Assembly: GCA_963727445.1 (NCBI GenBank)
Contig: CAVSGI010000006.1
Span: 544,001 to 608,000 of the forward strand
DNA length: 64,000 bases
Reading direction: 5' to 3'
Origin: an uncultured delta proteobacterium
Lineage (GTDB): Bacteria; Myxococcota_A; Polyangia; Polyangiales; B10-G4
In this document: positions 23,938-33,618 of the stretch, piece by piece
How positions within the stretch are numbered: the stretch's first letter is position 1
Layout: every line of letters begins with the position of its first letter
Translations under genes and position numbers: made by a program
The notes under the pieces: model-generated
Told to the model about the DNA's origin: nothing
Seen by the model: only the letters and a program-made list of their open reading frames with translations
Databases searched by the model: none

Positions 23938-24337
23938 ATGCCCCACCTTCGCCGAGGCCGAATTCCTCCTTGCTGACGACGACGTGGACTTTCGGCAGGC
24001 GCTAGCGAGCGCGCTCCGCGCAGACGGGTTCGAGGTCGTCGACCTCCCGACGGGTGTCGGTGTAAGCGTCTTCCTCGATGAGTGCGCGGTGCGCGACGAT
24101 GTCGCGCCGCCGGTCGATGCCGTGGTCACCGACCTTCGGATGCCGGATGTCAACGGCCTGATGCTCCTCGAGCAACTCGCCGCCCAAGGTCACCCGATGC
24201 CGGCGATCGTGGTGACGGCCTTCGACGACGTCCAGACACGTCGCGCGGTGTCAGAGCTCGGCGCGGCGGCCTTTCTCGCGAAACCCTTCAGCGTCGCGGA
24301 GCTCGAGGGCATTCTGGAGCGGGTGACACACCACTGA
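23938..24337 (+). CDS. Single-domain response regulator; probable +1 frameshift at 23963-23964
   Basis: LLADDD, VVTDLRMP, VVTAF, FLAKPF; removing one T from GAATTC gives MPHLRRGRILLADDD. Confidence 0.85.
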
Positions 24338-24494
24338 CGTGTGGTGTGAGGGTTTCGCCACATGCACGGCCGGTGGCCCCAGCACCACGCCGCGCCGGAC
24401 GCGTCCTGCGCACCCGCGCTCGGCGCTCCCTACGACTGGCCGCTCGTGTTCGGTCCGCCCGAAGGTCTTAGCGTTGCGGCGAAACGGGGGGACG

Positions 24495-24707
24495 ATGGGA
24501 CGGAAGAAGTACGGAATCGGAATTGCGATTGGCGTCGTGATCGACGCGGTCTGTCTCGAGGGGGACGACGGCTACTGCACGCTCCACTGCGAGGACGCGA
24601 GCGCCTGCCCCGCCGGATGGGAGTGCGGCCCGGTCACCGAATACACCCTCGACGGACAGAGGCCGACGCCGGAGGTCGGCAGCGCATCGGTGTGTCTCAG
24701 ACCGTGA
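24495..24707 (+). pseudogene. Probable fragment of a Cys-rich secreted protein
   Basis: VCLEGDDGYCTLHCEDASACPAGWEC resembles myxobacterial Cys-rich repeats but has no proper signal peptide. Confidence 0.4.
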
Positions 24708-24823
24708 CCGCCTGGCGTCCGCCTTCTCCGGGCTTTGGGCTTGGCCAGACGAGGGGCCTGCCGAGTGCCCCGTGAGACCCGAGGTGAGGGCCTGCCCGCG
24801 GTCCGATGCGCCGACGGGAGCGA

Positions 24824-26080
24824 TCAGGGACCGACGTAGAAGCCGCCGTCGTCGGTGAGCAGGCGGCCGACCACGACGTGGCGGGTGCCGTCCGAGGGAC
24901 GCCACCAGTGCCAGACGACGCGCAGGGTGCCGTCAAGGGCGTGGAAGACGTCCATGCCGCCCGGGCCCCGGTGGTTCTCGGGGAGCCCGCGGTAGGGGTC
25001 GAGCCCGGCGGCGCCGGTGAAGCCGAAGTGAGGCCGCCGCACGCCCATGTGGATGGGGGCGCAGCGTGACGAGGGCAGGATCGTCGAGCCGCAGTCGGCG
25101 ATGCCCGTCGCGTAGCGGGCGCTGTCCCAGTTGTTGCCGGAATAGGCGAGGTACCAGGTCCCGTCGGAGCGGAAGAGGGACGGGTTCTCGACGACGTGCG
25201 TGGTTCCGCTGATGCGGATCGTGTCCCAATCGATGTCGGTGCTGAGCAGCAGGTCCACGCGCGAGCTCCAGACCGCGCGACCGACGTCGTCGGTGCGCAC
25301 GACCGAGATGCCGGTCTCGGGAAAGCGGGTGATCTCGTCGTCGCGATAGGTGACGAACATCCGGTCGTCGCCGACCACGACCGGATCGGGATCGATCACC
25401 CAGCGACCGTCGCCAGGACAGGCCCACTCGCCGAGATCCACGAAGGGGCCCCGCGCCCCGGTGGAGCTCGCGCGGCCGATGCACTTCTGGCCGGCGCCCC
25501 GCCGGCTGGCGACGTAGAACATGAAGTACCGGTCGCCGAAGCGCGCGACGCCCGGCGCCCAGATGCTGCCGCCGCGCTCCGCCCAGGCGCCCGGACCGTC
25601 GGGCATCGCGTCGCCCGCGTAGCAGTCCGACATGCCGACGCGGTTGCCCGCGCCGTGCACGAGGTAGGGCACGTAGAGCTTGCCGGAGGGCGCGCCGCAC
25701 CGTGGCCCCCGGCCGGCGCCGACCGTCGTGCCGTAGGTGATGTAGTCGCCGCTCCTCGCGAGCACGGTGTCCGGATCGGCGAGGGCCGCCTCGGAGGAGT
25801 GCGTCGGATCCTCGACACCGACCGGCGGCATGGACGCATCGCTGGCGCCGCTGGCGTCGTCCACGACGGCCGCGTCGTCCACGATCGTCGCGTCCCTCGC
25901 GCCCCTCGCATCGTCCGGCGCGCCCGCATCGTCCGGCGCCGCCGCGTCGTCCGCCACCCACGCATCGAGCGCGTCCCCATCCGCACCAACCGATCCGTCC
26001 GCGCCGCCGCACCCCACCACCAGCACCACCGCGATGGCGAGCTGGGGACGAGGACGAACTTGCCTGGCCGAGCTCCACAT
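24824..26080 (-). CDS. Glycoside hydrolase family 43 lipoprotein
   Basis: LADPD, IWAPG, VIDPD, VVENPSL, YLAYSGN motifs; lipobox VVGC. Confidence 0.85.
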   Translation of the reverse strand: MWSSARQVRPRPQLAIAVVLVVGCGGADGSVGADGDALDAWVADDAAAPDDAGAPDDARGARDATIVDDAAVVDDASGASDASMPPVGVEDPTHSSEAALADPDTVLARSGDYITYGTTVGAGRGPRCGAPSGKLYVPYLVHGAGNRVGMSDCYAGDAMPDGPGAWAERGGSIWAPGVARFGDRYFMFYVASRRGAGQKCIGRASSTGARGPFVDLGEWACPGDGRWVIDPDPVVVGDDRMFVTYRDDEITRFPETGISVVRTDDVGRAVWSSRVDLLLSTDIDWDTIRISGTTHVVENPSLFRSDGTWYLAYSGNNWDSARYATGIADCGSTILPSSRCAPIHMGVRRPHFGFTGAAGLDPYRGLPENHRGPGGMDVFHALDGTLRVVWHWWRPSDGTRHVVVGRLLTDDGGFYVGP

Positions 26081-26085
26081 GCCGA

Positions 26086-27147
26086 TCACCCGTCGTGCTC
26101 GAAGTGGCCGCGGACCCAGTGGCCCCGGTGTTCGTCGATGCCCAGGTGGATCGTGCCCCGCGCGATGCTGCCGTCGCCCCGGCGCGCGTAGCGGAACGCG
26201 AAGGACGCGGCCGGCACGGCGAAGACGTAGTCGATGCCCGCGCCGGCGATCACCCGCGCGTCGGGGTGGAGGCTTTCGGGCTCCCACGCGGGGTTACAGG
26301 CGTCCGCGCCGCGCGGGCGGTTCAGGTCGCCCGTCACGATCACGTTTCGCCCCGCGTCGTGCTCGCGCGCGACCTCCTCCTGCAGGATGTGCCACGCCTG
26401 CCGCCAGTAGCGGCGGCGCCGGTCCACGTGCGACTTGCACGACCAGGCGCCGGCGATGAAGTGGGTGTCGAGCACCGAGAGGTTGCGCTGCGGATAGTGC
26501 ACCACCGTGACGAAGCGCGTGGGGCTCACGCCGGCCCAGCCGGGCGAGGCGAAGACCGCGCGCACCTCGAGGGGCAGGTCGTGTGCCCCGCGGGAGGTCA
26601 CCGGGACCTTGACGAGCTCCCGGTTGCCGTCCGGCCGCAGGCCCCGCGGGTGCTTCGTCTTCCATCCGGCGTCGGTCGCGAAGCGGGCGCGGATGACGTC
26701 GATCTCGCAGCGCCCGCACGGGTCGCCCTCGCCGATCTCCTGCCACCCGATGAAGCTCGGCCCATCCTTGGGCTCGAGGACGTCCCCGACACCGCCGATC
26801 GCCGCGGCGACCTGCGCGCGGGTGTCGTAGCTGCGCCCGACGTTCACCGTCGAGAAGGTCATCACGACCTCGTAGGCGGCCGGGACGGGCGGATCCATCG
26901 CGGGCGTCGACGCGTCGTCCACGGCCGCGTCGGCGACGGTCGCGTCGGCGGCGGACGCGTCCTCGACGCTCGCATCGTCCGCGGCCGCGTCGGCGACGGT
27001 CGCGTCGGCGGCGGACGCGTCCTCGACGCTCGCATCGACATCGCTTCCACCGTCATCGACCGCGGTGCGGCAGCCGCACACCAGCAACAGGAGCGCGAGG
27101 AGCCTCACGGCCCCGAAGCGTCCGACCCTCTCGGCTCTCCCGGTCAT
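26086..27147 (-). CDS. Endonuclease/exonuclease/phosphatase (EEP) family lipoprotein
   Basis: TVNV, GWQE, DTHF, TGDLN, IDYVF, DEH motifs; lipobox VCGC. Confidence 0.75.
   Translation of the reverse strand: MTGRAERVGRFGAVRLLALLLLVCGCRTAVDDGGSDVDASVEDASAADATVADAAADDASVEDASAADATVADAAVDDASTPAMDPPVPAAYEVVMTFSTVNVGRSYDTRAQVAAAIGGVGDVLEPKDGPSFIGWQEIGEGDPCGRCEIDVIRARFATDAGWKTKHPRGLRPDGNRELVKVPVTSRGAHDLPLEVRAVFASPGWAGVSPTRFVTVVHYPQRNLSVLDTHFIAGAWSCKSHVDRRRRYWRQAWHILQEEVAREHDAGRNVIVTGDLNRPRGADACNPAWEPESLHPDARVIAGAGIDYVFAVPAASFAFRYARRGDGSIARGTIHLGIDEHRGHWVRGHFEHDG
26911..27037. repeat. Near-perfect 60-bp tandem duplication in the EEP linker
   Basis: 26922-26977 is identical to 26982-27037; encodes DASVEDASAADATVADAA twice. 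Confidence 0.95.
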
Positions 27148-27497
27148 TTCGACCGGAGAGCACCGCACGAAGCGTGCCGGCCCTCCATGCCCAGGGACGC
27201 GGTCAGTGGTCCGCACCCGGCGGCGTGCGTACGCGGATATCCGCGCGGGCCCGAGCACGCCTGTCACAGGGATCGCCCAACGTCAGCCCGGCGCTCCGGA
27301 GCAATGCCGCCCGCGGGACGCTTCGAGCCGCGCCACGGCGATCCGGCTCGAGCTCGCCGCGCGCGTGCTGCTCCCGAAGTCGCGCGACGGCCTCTCGCAG
27401 CGCCGCAGGAAAGGCATGGCCGTGAACCGTGACGGGTTCGACGGCGCTGTCCAACGTCATTCACGGCTACGCAACGCCAGCGATGCGCGATCTTCTT

Positions 27498-28346
27498 CTA
27501 CCGTTCCTCGCTCGCCTCACTCGAGGGGAGGGTCTGGACGAGCGTGTACCGAAAGGTCAGGGGCTCGCCTCTTCGGAGGACGCGAAGCTCGAAAGAGTCT
27601 CCATCTCCATCGCGAGCAAGGGAGAGCATCGGAGAGTCTTCGTCGATGGCTCGTCCGCCGGCATGCGTGATCACATCGCCGTTCTCGAGACCGAGGAGCG
27701 CCACGACGCTTCGTCGTCGCACGCCATAAATCTTGACGCCGACAACCGCCCCCCCGCCGTCTTCGTGCGGTAGGACACGCGTGCTCCAGAGAGCGCGATG
27801 GGCCAGGGTTCGCATGCGCTCGGATGCGTATCGCGTGATCTCGAAGTCATGCTCGCCGACCGCTCGAACCCCGCGGGCGAGCGACTCGTACTCCTCGTCG
27901 GAGAGTGGGTGCGGCGCCCGGGGTCCCATGCAGAGTAGGAACACCCTGTCGGGATCGGAGTGAACGACGAGTCCGTGCGGATCTTCGTCGATGCGGAAGC
28001 CCCCGCCCTCGATGGCGGCCAGTAGAAGAGGAGCGAGATTGTCCGCACTCGCGGATTGCGCATGGTGGTAGGTGAGCCGAGCGCAGGTCGCCACGTCCTG
28101 CGCATCCGGCGCGATGACCACGGGGCGGCCTCCCAGCTCGACGAGCCTCTGGACGGCTTCCTCCAAGCTCCATTGATCGATCACGACCGCTTCGGCAGGA
28201 GGCGTTTCGACGGGTGCCGGCTCTTGCTCACCGCCATCGTTGCGGTGATCCGCGGCGCAGAGGGGACGCGTCGCGTCGGCGCCGGATCCGCAGCCGACGA
28301 TCAGCGCCGCCATCAAGGGAACGCCCCCCTTCGCCACCCTCGTCAT
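27498..28346 (-). CDS. Lipoprotein with GspC-like PDZ domain
   Basis: Lipobox IVGC; VVGVKIYGVRRRSVVALLGLENGDVI...LRRGEPLTFRY resembles the myxobacterial GspC C-terminus; start uncertain. Confidence 0.65.
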   Translation of the reverse strand: MTRVAKGGVPLMAALIVGCGSGADATRPLCAADHRNDGGEQEPAPVETPPAEAVVIDQWSLEEAVQRLVELGGRPVVIAPDAQDVATCARLTYHHAQSASADNLAPLLLAAIEGGGFRIDEDPHGLVVHSDPDRVFLLCMGPRAPHPLSDEEYESLARGVRAVGEHDFEITRYASERMRTLAHRALWSTRVLPHEDGGGAVVGVKIYGVRRRSVVALLGLENGDVITHAGGRAIDEDSPMLSLARDGDGDSFELRVLRRGEPLTFRYTLVQTLPSSEASEER

Positions 28347-28491
28347 CTTCGCCTTCGTGCGAGTCGCCATCCGTGATGGTAGGGCAGGGATGGTCCGAAC
28401 CCAAGCAAGCAAAGCGATTCGCCGAACCGGCAGGTCGTCACCAGCACCCACGCATCGGTGAGCGAATTCGGCACTGTGCCATCATCCATCG

Positions 28492-29820
28492 ATGCTCGAC
28501 GCATTTGCCTTCGCGTTGCTGGTGTTCCTGGTGTCGTGTGCCGGACCGGCGCCGCAGCCGTCCATCGCAAGCGTCGCCCCCCGCATGGAACCGAATACCC
28601 CCCCCGAGCCGGGGCCGACCGCGGCCTGGACGGACGGTGTGCCTTCGCGCGACGCGGTGCGGGTGACGGCGTGCGAAGGGTTCGGGCCGAACTGCGACGT
28701 CGACAGGCTTTCGTCGGCCGGTGCGTCGCAAGATGGCACCGCGCTCTACGTTGCCCGCGTGCTCCCCGATGGTCCGTGCCCCCACCCTCGAGTGTGCGCA
28801 CCGCTCGAACCACAACCGGCGAACGTGCCCGGTTGGGACCCCGTGGGAGGAACCTACGCGTTCGACCCGGAGGCGTGCGGTGACGACATCGACGAGTGCG
28901 GGAGCATGGGCTTCGTGCTCGTCGCCGCGCGTCCGACCGGCGCCGTGACGCGGCTCATCACGGAGATCATGATCTGGGACCAGGGTGCGGCGGGGCTCGG
29001 GCAGGACACGATCGTGATCGGGAACAACAGCTTCTCGCGCATCAATTACGGGGGCTCGAACGAGCGGCAACTGACGGCCACGACCATTCAGCTCGACCCG
29101 CCTGCCGTCCTCACGCGGGAAACGGAGTACGCGCACATGATCTTCGGCGGTCGCACGCGCGTCACGTGGTCCGAGGTAGACGGTCGTGGTTTCGGATTTC
29201 GTGAAAACGATGCGTGCGCCGCGCGCACGCCACCAGCGACGCTCGTCGGGGTCGCAATCCCCGACGTCGCGCTGGCGGACGAGGACGCTTGGCGCACGAC
29301 GGGGTTCGGCGACTGCGCGGCCTCGATGCGGCGCGAAGCGGCGATGCCGCCCGTCGACACGGCCACTGGAAGGATCGGTCCAGCCCCCGACGCGAGCCCC
29401 GACGCGCCCCAGGTGTACCGGGCCGGTAATGCGCTCGTGCTCGAGGTGCCCCGAACGACCTCCAGCGTCACGGTCTGGATCGGCGCCGAGCTCCGCGCTC
29501 CGGTCGATTGTTTCGAGCTCGACGCGCGTGCCGTCCGTGTGCCCGTCTCGGGGCCTCCAACGCAGACGCGCAGCGGCCTCGTCACCGAGCGCGTCGTCGT
29601 CGGTGACCGCGTGCGCCTTCGACTGTCGACCGCGCACGGGCCGCCAGCCGCGATCGACGTAGGCGACTTTCGCACAGTCGCCCATGGCCGGGGCCGGCCC
29701 CTGGTCGAGGGGCCCTTCAGCTGGACGCCCGCTTGCGAGGTGCGCGATGGTGCTCTGCACCACGAGCCGCGCCAGCCGCCCGACGCTCCCGCGGCGCTGG
29801 TGGGCGAGGAAGTATTCTAG
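28492..29820 (+). CDS. Hypothetical lipoprotein
   Basis: 442-aa ORF with lipobox LVSC and protein-like composition. Confidence 0.65.
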   Translation: MLDAFAFALLVFLVSCAGPAPQPSIASVAPRMEPNTPPEPGPTAAWTDGVPSRDAVRVTACEGFGPNCDVDRLSSAGASQDGTALYVARVLPDGPCPHPRVCAPLEPQPANVPGWDPVGGTYAFDPEACGDDIDECGSMGFVLVAARPTGAVTRLITEIMIWDQGAAGLGQDTIVIGNNSFSRINYGGSNERQLTATTIQLDPPAVLTRETEYAHMIFGGRTRVTWSEVDGRGFGFRENDACAARTPPATLVGVAIPDVALADEDAWRTTGFGDCAASMRREAAMPPVDTATGRIGPAPDASPDAPQVYRAGNALVLEVPRTTSSVTVWIGAELRAPVDCFELDARAVRVPVSGPPTQTRSGLVTERVVVGDRVRLRLSTAHGPPAAIDVGDFRTVAHGRGRPLVEGPFSWTPACEVRDGALHHEPRQPPDAPAALVGEEVF

Positions 29821-30347
29821 AGACGGCGCCGCGGGGCTCGGGGCCTTCGACGGGCGCTTCGCGATGGGCACCGTGGGTCACGGCGACGGGATGGGCCTGC
29901 AGCGTCTCGAGTGCGCCACGAAGCGTCGAAGGATCTGGCGGAGGCCGAGTCGCACGCCAGAGGGCGCGCCCGACACCGGACGCAGATGCGTCGGCTGCAG
30001 TGGTGATGGGCCGGCCCCTATGACCTGAACCTCCTCAACCACTCCGGGACGCGCTACCTCGGAGCCCACGGCGTGAGGACTGGATACCCCTGGCTCTTCG
30101 AGCGCGCCGAAGGTGCTGCCTCACGCGCGCAGGTTTTCGTCGCGGCGTCCTTCTCCACCACGCCCGATGCCGATGGTGGCCCCCGCGGCCTTCGGAAGGG
30201 GCTCAGGCCCCCTCGGACGACGAGGAGCGGAGCGCCGCTGAGCCTACTCGAGGCGCGAGATCGGACGCTCGAAGGTGTCCTGCGCTGCGCGTAGCCCCTC
30301 CCGATCCGAGCGGCGTCCCTCGCGCGGCGGCGTGGCATGATGGCGAG

Positions 30348-30956
30348 GTGCAGACCGCGCTCGGCGCATTCGTGGAGGATGGTGACGCACCGGCCGTGGC
30401 TCGAACGCTCGACGCGCTCGTCGACGGCGGGCCGCTCGAAGACGACGCGTGGCTCGAGGTCATCGCGTGTGTCGACCAATGCGTCGGAGCAGAACGTTTT
30501 CGGCGCGTCGACTTACAGATCGGGCGCGCGCTTCGGCGATGGCTCTCGGCGTACGTCGGGCGGGAGCGCTTCGGGAGCGCGGAGCTCTTTTCGCTCGCGC
30601 TCGACGTGTGGCGACGGACCAGCGACTTCAAGGCGCAGTACCTGTGCGATTTCGCGGGCGCGTGGCTGTTGGCGGATCCCGCGTCCGACGACGCGTTGGG
30701 GGCGTTCCTCGATGCCACCTTCATGGCGGACAGCCAAGACCCGTATCTGCATCGGGGCATCGACCTCGAGGCGGTCGCGGATCGGCTGCCGGAGACGCCA
30801 CGTCGCGCCGAGTTGTTGGCGTTGCACGCGATCATCCTCGAGCGCGCGGGCTCGGATCACGCTGGCACGGCCCTGGCGCGCGCCCTGGCGGTTCACCCCG
30901 GCCTCGATCTCGACGCGCTCCGCGAACGCTATCGACGATTCATCGATCCAGTCTGA
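30348..30956 (+). CDS. Hypothetical alpha-helical protein, start uncertain
   Basis: 202-aa protein-like ORF; frame stays open upstream without a clear start. Confidence 0.5.
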   Translation: MQTALGAFVEDGDAPAVARTLDALVDGGPLEDDAWLEVIACVDQCVGAERFRRVDLQIGRALRRWLSAYVGRERFGSAELFSLALDVWRRTSDFKAQYLCDFAGAWLLADPASDDALGAFLDATFMADSQDPYLHRGIDLEAVADRLPETPRRAELLALHAIILERAGSDHAGTALARALAVHPGLDLDALRERYRRFIDPV

Positions 30957-31023
30957 GCGTGTTGCGCGCTCTTGGGGAGGATAGGCGTAAGAGGTTGGGT
31001 TCTCAGATCTCGCTCGCGCCTCC

Positions 31024-31386
31024 TCAGCCCTCGGGTGCGAGCTGAAAGGTGTACTCGACCTTCAGGTTCGCGGCTGGCGGCTCCGGCAGCTGAACCTGGG
31101 TCAAGGTGGCGGTCATGCAGGACTGCAGCTCCGGGTCCCGCACGTCGCCGCCGACGAACTCGACCTGGTCGACGCGGCCGTCGCTCGCGCCGACGTGGAG
31201 ATTGGCGTTGAGGGTTCCGGCCGCGTCGCGGTTGCGCGTGAGGGCCTGGGCGTAGCACTGGTCGAGCTCCTGGCTCTTGGCGTCGACCGCGCTCCTGAGG
31301 TGCCGCTGCGCATCGCCGATGCCGCAGCCCGAGAGCGCGGCGAAGGCCGAGAAGAAAACCACCCCGAGGATGAATCGCTGCATCAC
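31024..31386 (-). CDS. Small lipoprotein, AgmX/PglI or TonB C-terminal-like domain
   Basis: Lipobox LSGC; LDQCYAQAL...GTL...DGRV...LQSCM...VEYTF. Confidence 0.75.
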   Translation of the reverse strand: MMQRFILGVVFFSAFAALSGCGIGDAQRHLRSAVDAKSQELDQCYAQALTRNRDAAGTLNANLHVGASDGRVDQVEFVGGDVRDPELQSCMTATLTQVQLPEPPAANLKVEYTFQLAPEG

Positions 31387-32021
31387 GCGCCTCCCTGTGC
31401 CGCTGCCGGCGTTTCTTGCTCGCTGGTTGCGTCTTCGGTGGTTTCACCCGGTTCCGACTCGTTCGCCTCCGCCGCGTTCTGCGCGGGGGCGGCCGTCGTG
31501 TCCTGCTCGATGATGTTGAACTCGACGCGACGGTTCGCGGCGCGGCCAGCGGCCGTGTCGTTGGTGTCGATGGGGCGGGTCAGGCCGTACCCTTCGGCTT
31601 CGAGGCGGCCCTGGTCCACGCCGTTGTCCACCAGCGCCTGCATGACGGCGTTTGCGCGCCGTCGCGACAGGTCCAGGTTGTAGGGCGCCGCGCCCTGATT
31701 GTCGGTGTGACCCTCGATGCGGACCTTCCGCACGTGCGGGTTGTCGTTCATGACCTGGGCGATCTCCTGGATGAGGTCGTCCGAGTCCGAGCTGATCTCG
31801 GCGCTGTCGATCTCGAAATGGATCTTCTCGTCGACGCGAATGCGTTCGGCTTCCACCTCGACGCGCGGCGGCGGCTCGGGCTCTGGCGGCGGCTCGGGCG
31901 CGGGCGGCCGCATGGCCGCGACCCGGACGGGCGTGCTTTCGTGGAGCACCGCCGTCGTCGAGCTACAGCCGCCCGCCGTCAGCGCCGCAGCCACACCGGT
32001 GATGATGAGAGCTCTGCGCAT
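31383..32021 (-). CDS. OmpA-family peptidoglycan-binding lipoprotein
   Basis: IEGHTD, NLDLSRRRA, GYG..RP, NRRVEF; lipobox AGGC. Confidence 0.92.
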   Translation of the reverse strand: MRRALIITGVAAALTAGGCSSTTAVLHESTPVRVAAMRPPAPEPPPEPEPPPRVEVEAERIRVDEKIHFEIDSAEISSDSDDLIQEIAQVMNDNPHVRKVRIEGHTDNQGAAPYNLDLSRRRANAVMQALVDNGVDQGRLEAEGYGLTRPIDTNDTAAGRAANRRVEFNIIEQDTTAAPAQNAAEANESEPGETTEDATSEQETPAAAQGGA

Positions 32022-32180
32022 GTTTCCCCCGAATCTTCGTGACCGAAGGCGTGATGGTCGCGACTCCGGGTCGATGCGTCAAACCCGGTGTTCGATTCCG
32101 ACCGCACGAGAACTGCATCGAGCACCGAAATCGACGCGCCAGACGCGAATACGGTGCGAAGCTCCCCGTCTGAGGGCGCC

Positions 32181-33545
32181 ATGACGCATTCGAGCGGACG
32201 TTCGATCCTCCGGTCTGGCGAGACGCCAACGGCGGCCGAGCTCATCCGAGGCTGGCGGCGGCGCCTGCTGCTCTCCGCGGTCGGGGCGCTGAGCGCCTGC
32301 GGCGGCGCCGGCTATTCACCCGTCATCGCGACAACCAACGCGGCAGAGGCGCCGCAGGTCCAGTCGGCCGCGTACTACGCGTTCGTCGAGCCATTGGACG
32401 CCTCGGCGTCCTTCGGCGGCATGCGAGGACCAGCGATCTCTTTGGAGACCGAGGGTCGCCGTTGCGCGCACTATCTCTCGCAAGCGAGCGAGCCCATCGA
32501 AGCGCTTGCCGGCGACGAGGACTGTCCCGCCGATCTCGCGAGGCTGCTTCGCGCGCACGAGCGCGACGGACGGATGGTCTTGGTCGTCGACGGGGAAGGG
32601 CAGGAGAGGGACTACCGCTCGCCCGCGGACCTCGCGCCCATCGACACGCCGGCGGCCGCTCTCGCGGCGGCCTGGCTCCACGGGGGCTACGCGCTCAGCT
32701 TCGAAAACGGGCAGCAGTACCTCGGCTCGCTCAGCGAGGGGCAGGTGCGGGCGGTGGACGGCGGCTTCGAGGTCACCGTCGGCGCGGAGCAGAGTGAAGG
32801 CGACTGCCAAGAAACCCGCGTGCACCAGTATCGCGTGACGCTCGTCGTCGGCCGCGATGGGAGCATCGAGGAGCGAGGACGCGTCGAGACGGATGAGTAC
32901 GTGGACGGCAACGCCTGCATGCCGCTCGGCAGGCGCCCCGAACACTTCGTCGATCGCGATGGCGCGCGCTCCCTCGAGAGCCTGGTCGCGCGCGCCGCCC
33001 ATCACGAAGCCGAGTCGGTTCGCGCCTTCGCGCGCTTCGCCCGCGAGCTCGAAGCCTTCGGTGCGCCGGCCGCGCTGGTGAAGGCCGCGCGCACCGCCGC
33101 GACGGACGAGGTGCGCCACGCGCGGATGTGGGGCGCGCTGGGGCGCCGCATGGGTTTCGAGATCGACGCGCGCATCGCCCAGGACCATCTCGCGGTGCGC
33201 TCGCTCGAAGAGGTCGCACGCGACAACGCCGTCGAGGGCTGCGTCTACGAGACCTTCGGTGCGGCGCTCGCGCTCTACCAGGCCCGGCACGCTCAGACCC
33301 CAGCGCTTCGCGCCCACTTCGCCTCCATCGCCTCGGACGAGCTCGATCACGCCGCGCTCTCCCGCGCCTGTGCTGATTTCTTCGAGGCGCGCCTCGACGC
33401 GCCGGCGCGGCGTCGTATGCGCGCGGCGGCCGCGCGCGCCCGTGAGGAGCTCGCGCGAAGCTTCACGCATCCGACGGCCGCCGAAGCGCTGCTCGGCTAC
33501 CCGGCGCAAGGGGACGCGCGACGTCTCTGGGCGTCCGTCGCCTGA
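32181..33545 (+). CDS. Exported protein with C-terminal ferritin-like di-iron domain
   Basis: RRRLLL...LSAC signal; GRRP junction; EAESVRAF, DEVRH, EGCVYE, DELDH ligand pattern. Confidence 0.8.
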   Translation: MTHSSGRSILRSGETPTAAELIRGWRRRLLLSAVGALSACGGAGYSPVIATTNAAEAPQVQSAAYYAFVEPLDASASFGGMRGPAISLETEGRRCAHYLSQASEPIEALAGDEDCPADLARLLRAHERDGRMVLVVDGEGQERDYRSPADLAPIDTPAAALAAAWLHGGYALSFENGQQYLGSLSEGQVRAVDGGFEVTVGAEQSEGDCQETRVHQYRVTLVVGRDGSIEERGRVETDEYVDGNACMPLGRRPEHFVDRDGARSLESLVARAAHHEAESVRAFARFARELEAFGAPAALVKAARTAATDEVRHARMWGALGRRMGFEIDARIAQDHLAVRSLEEVARDNAVEGCVYETFGAALALYQARHAQTPALRAHFASIASDELDHAALSRACADFFEARLDAPARRRMRAAAARAREELARSFTHPTAAEALLGYPAQGDARRLWASVA

Positions 33546-33618
33546 GCGGCCGATCACGATCGACGAATCGACCACACCTCCGTGAATGCGCTGCCGGGCC
33601 CCTGCAACGGAGCCGGGC

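Noticed and set aside
27148..27497. Protein-like stretches (AIRLELAARVLLPKSRDG; ALSNVIHGYATP) between genes
   Set aside because: Too short to assign; no supportable start or family
29821..30347. Short ORFs (29684..30028, 30073..30294) as genes or as a frameshifted start of 30348..30956
   Set aside because: No recognisable motif and no convincing single-base repair; possibly decayed coding DNA
32090..32099. GTTCGATTCC resembling a tRNA T-loop
   Set aside because: No acceptor stem, D-arm or anticodon arm can be built, and no integrase is nearby
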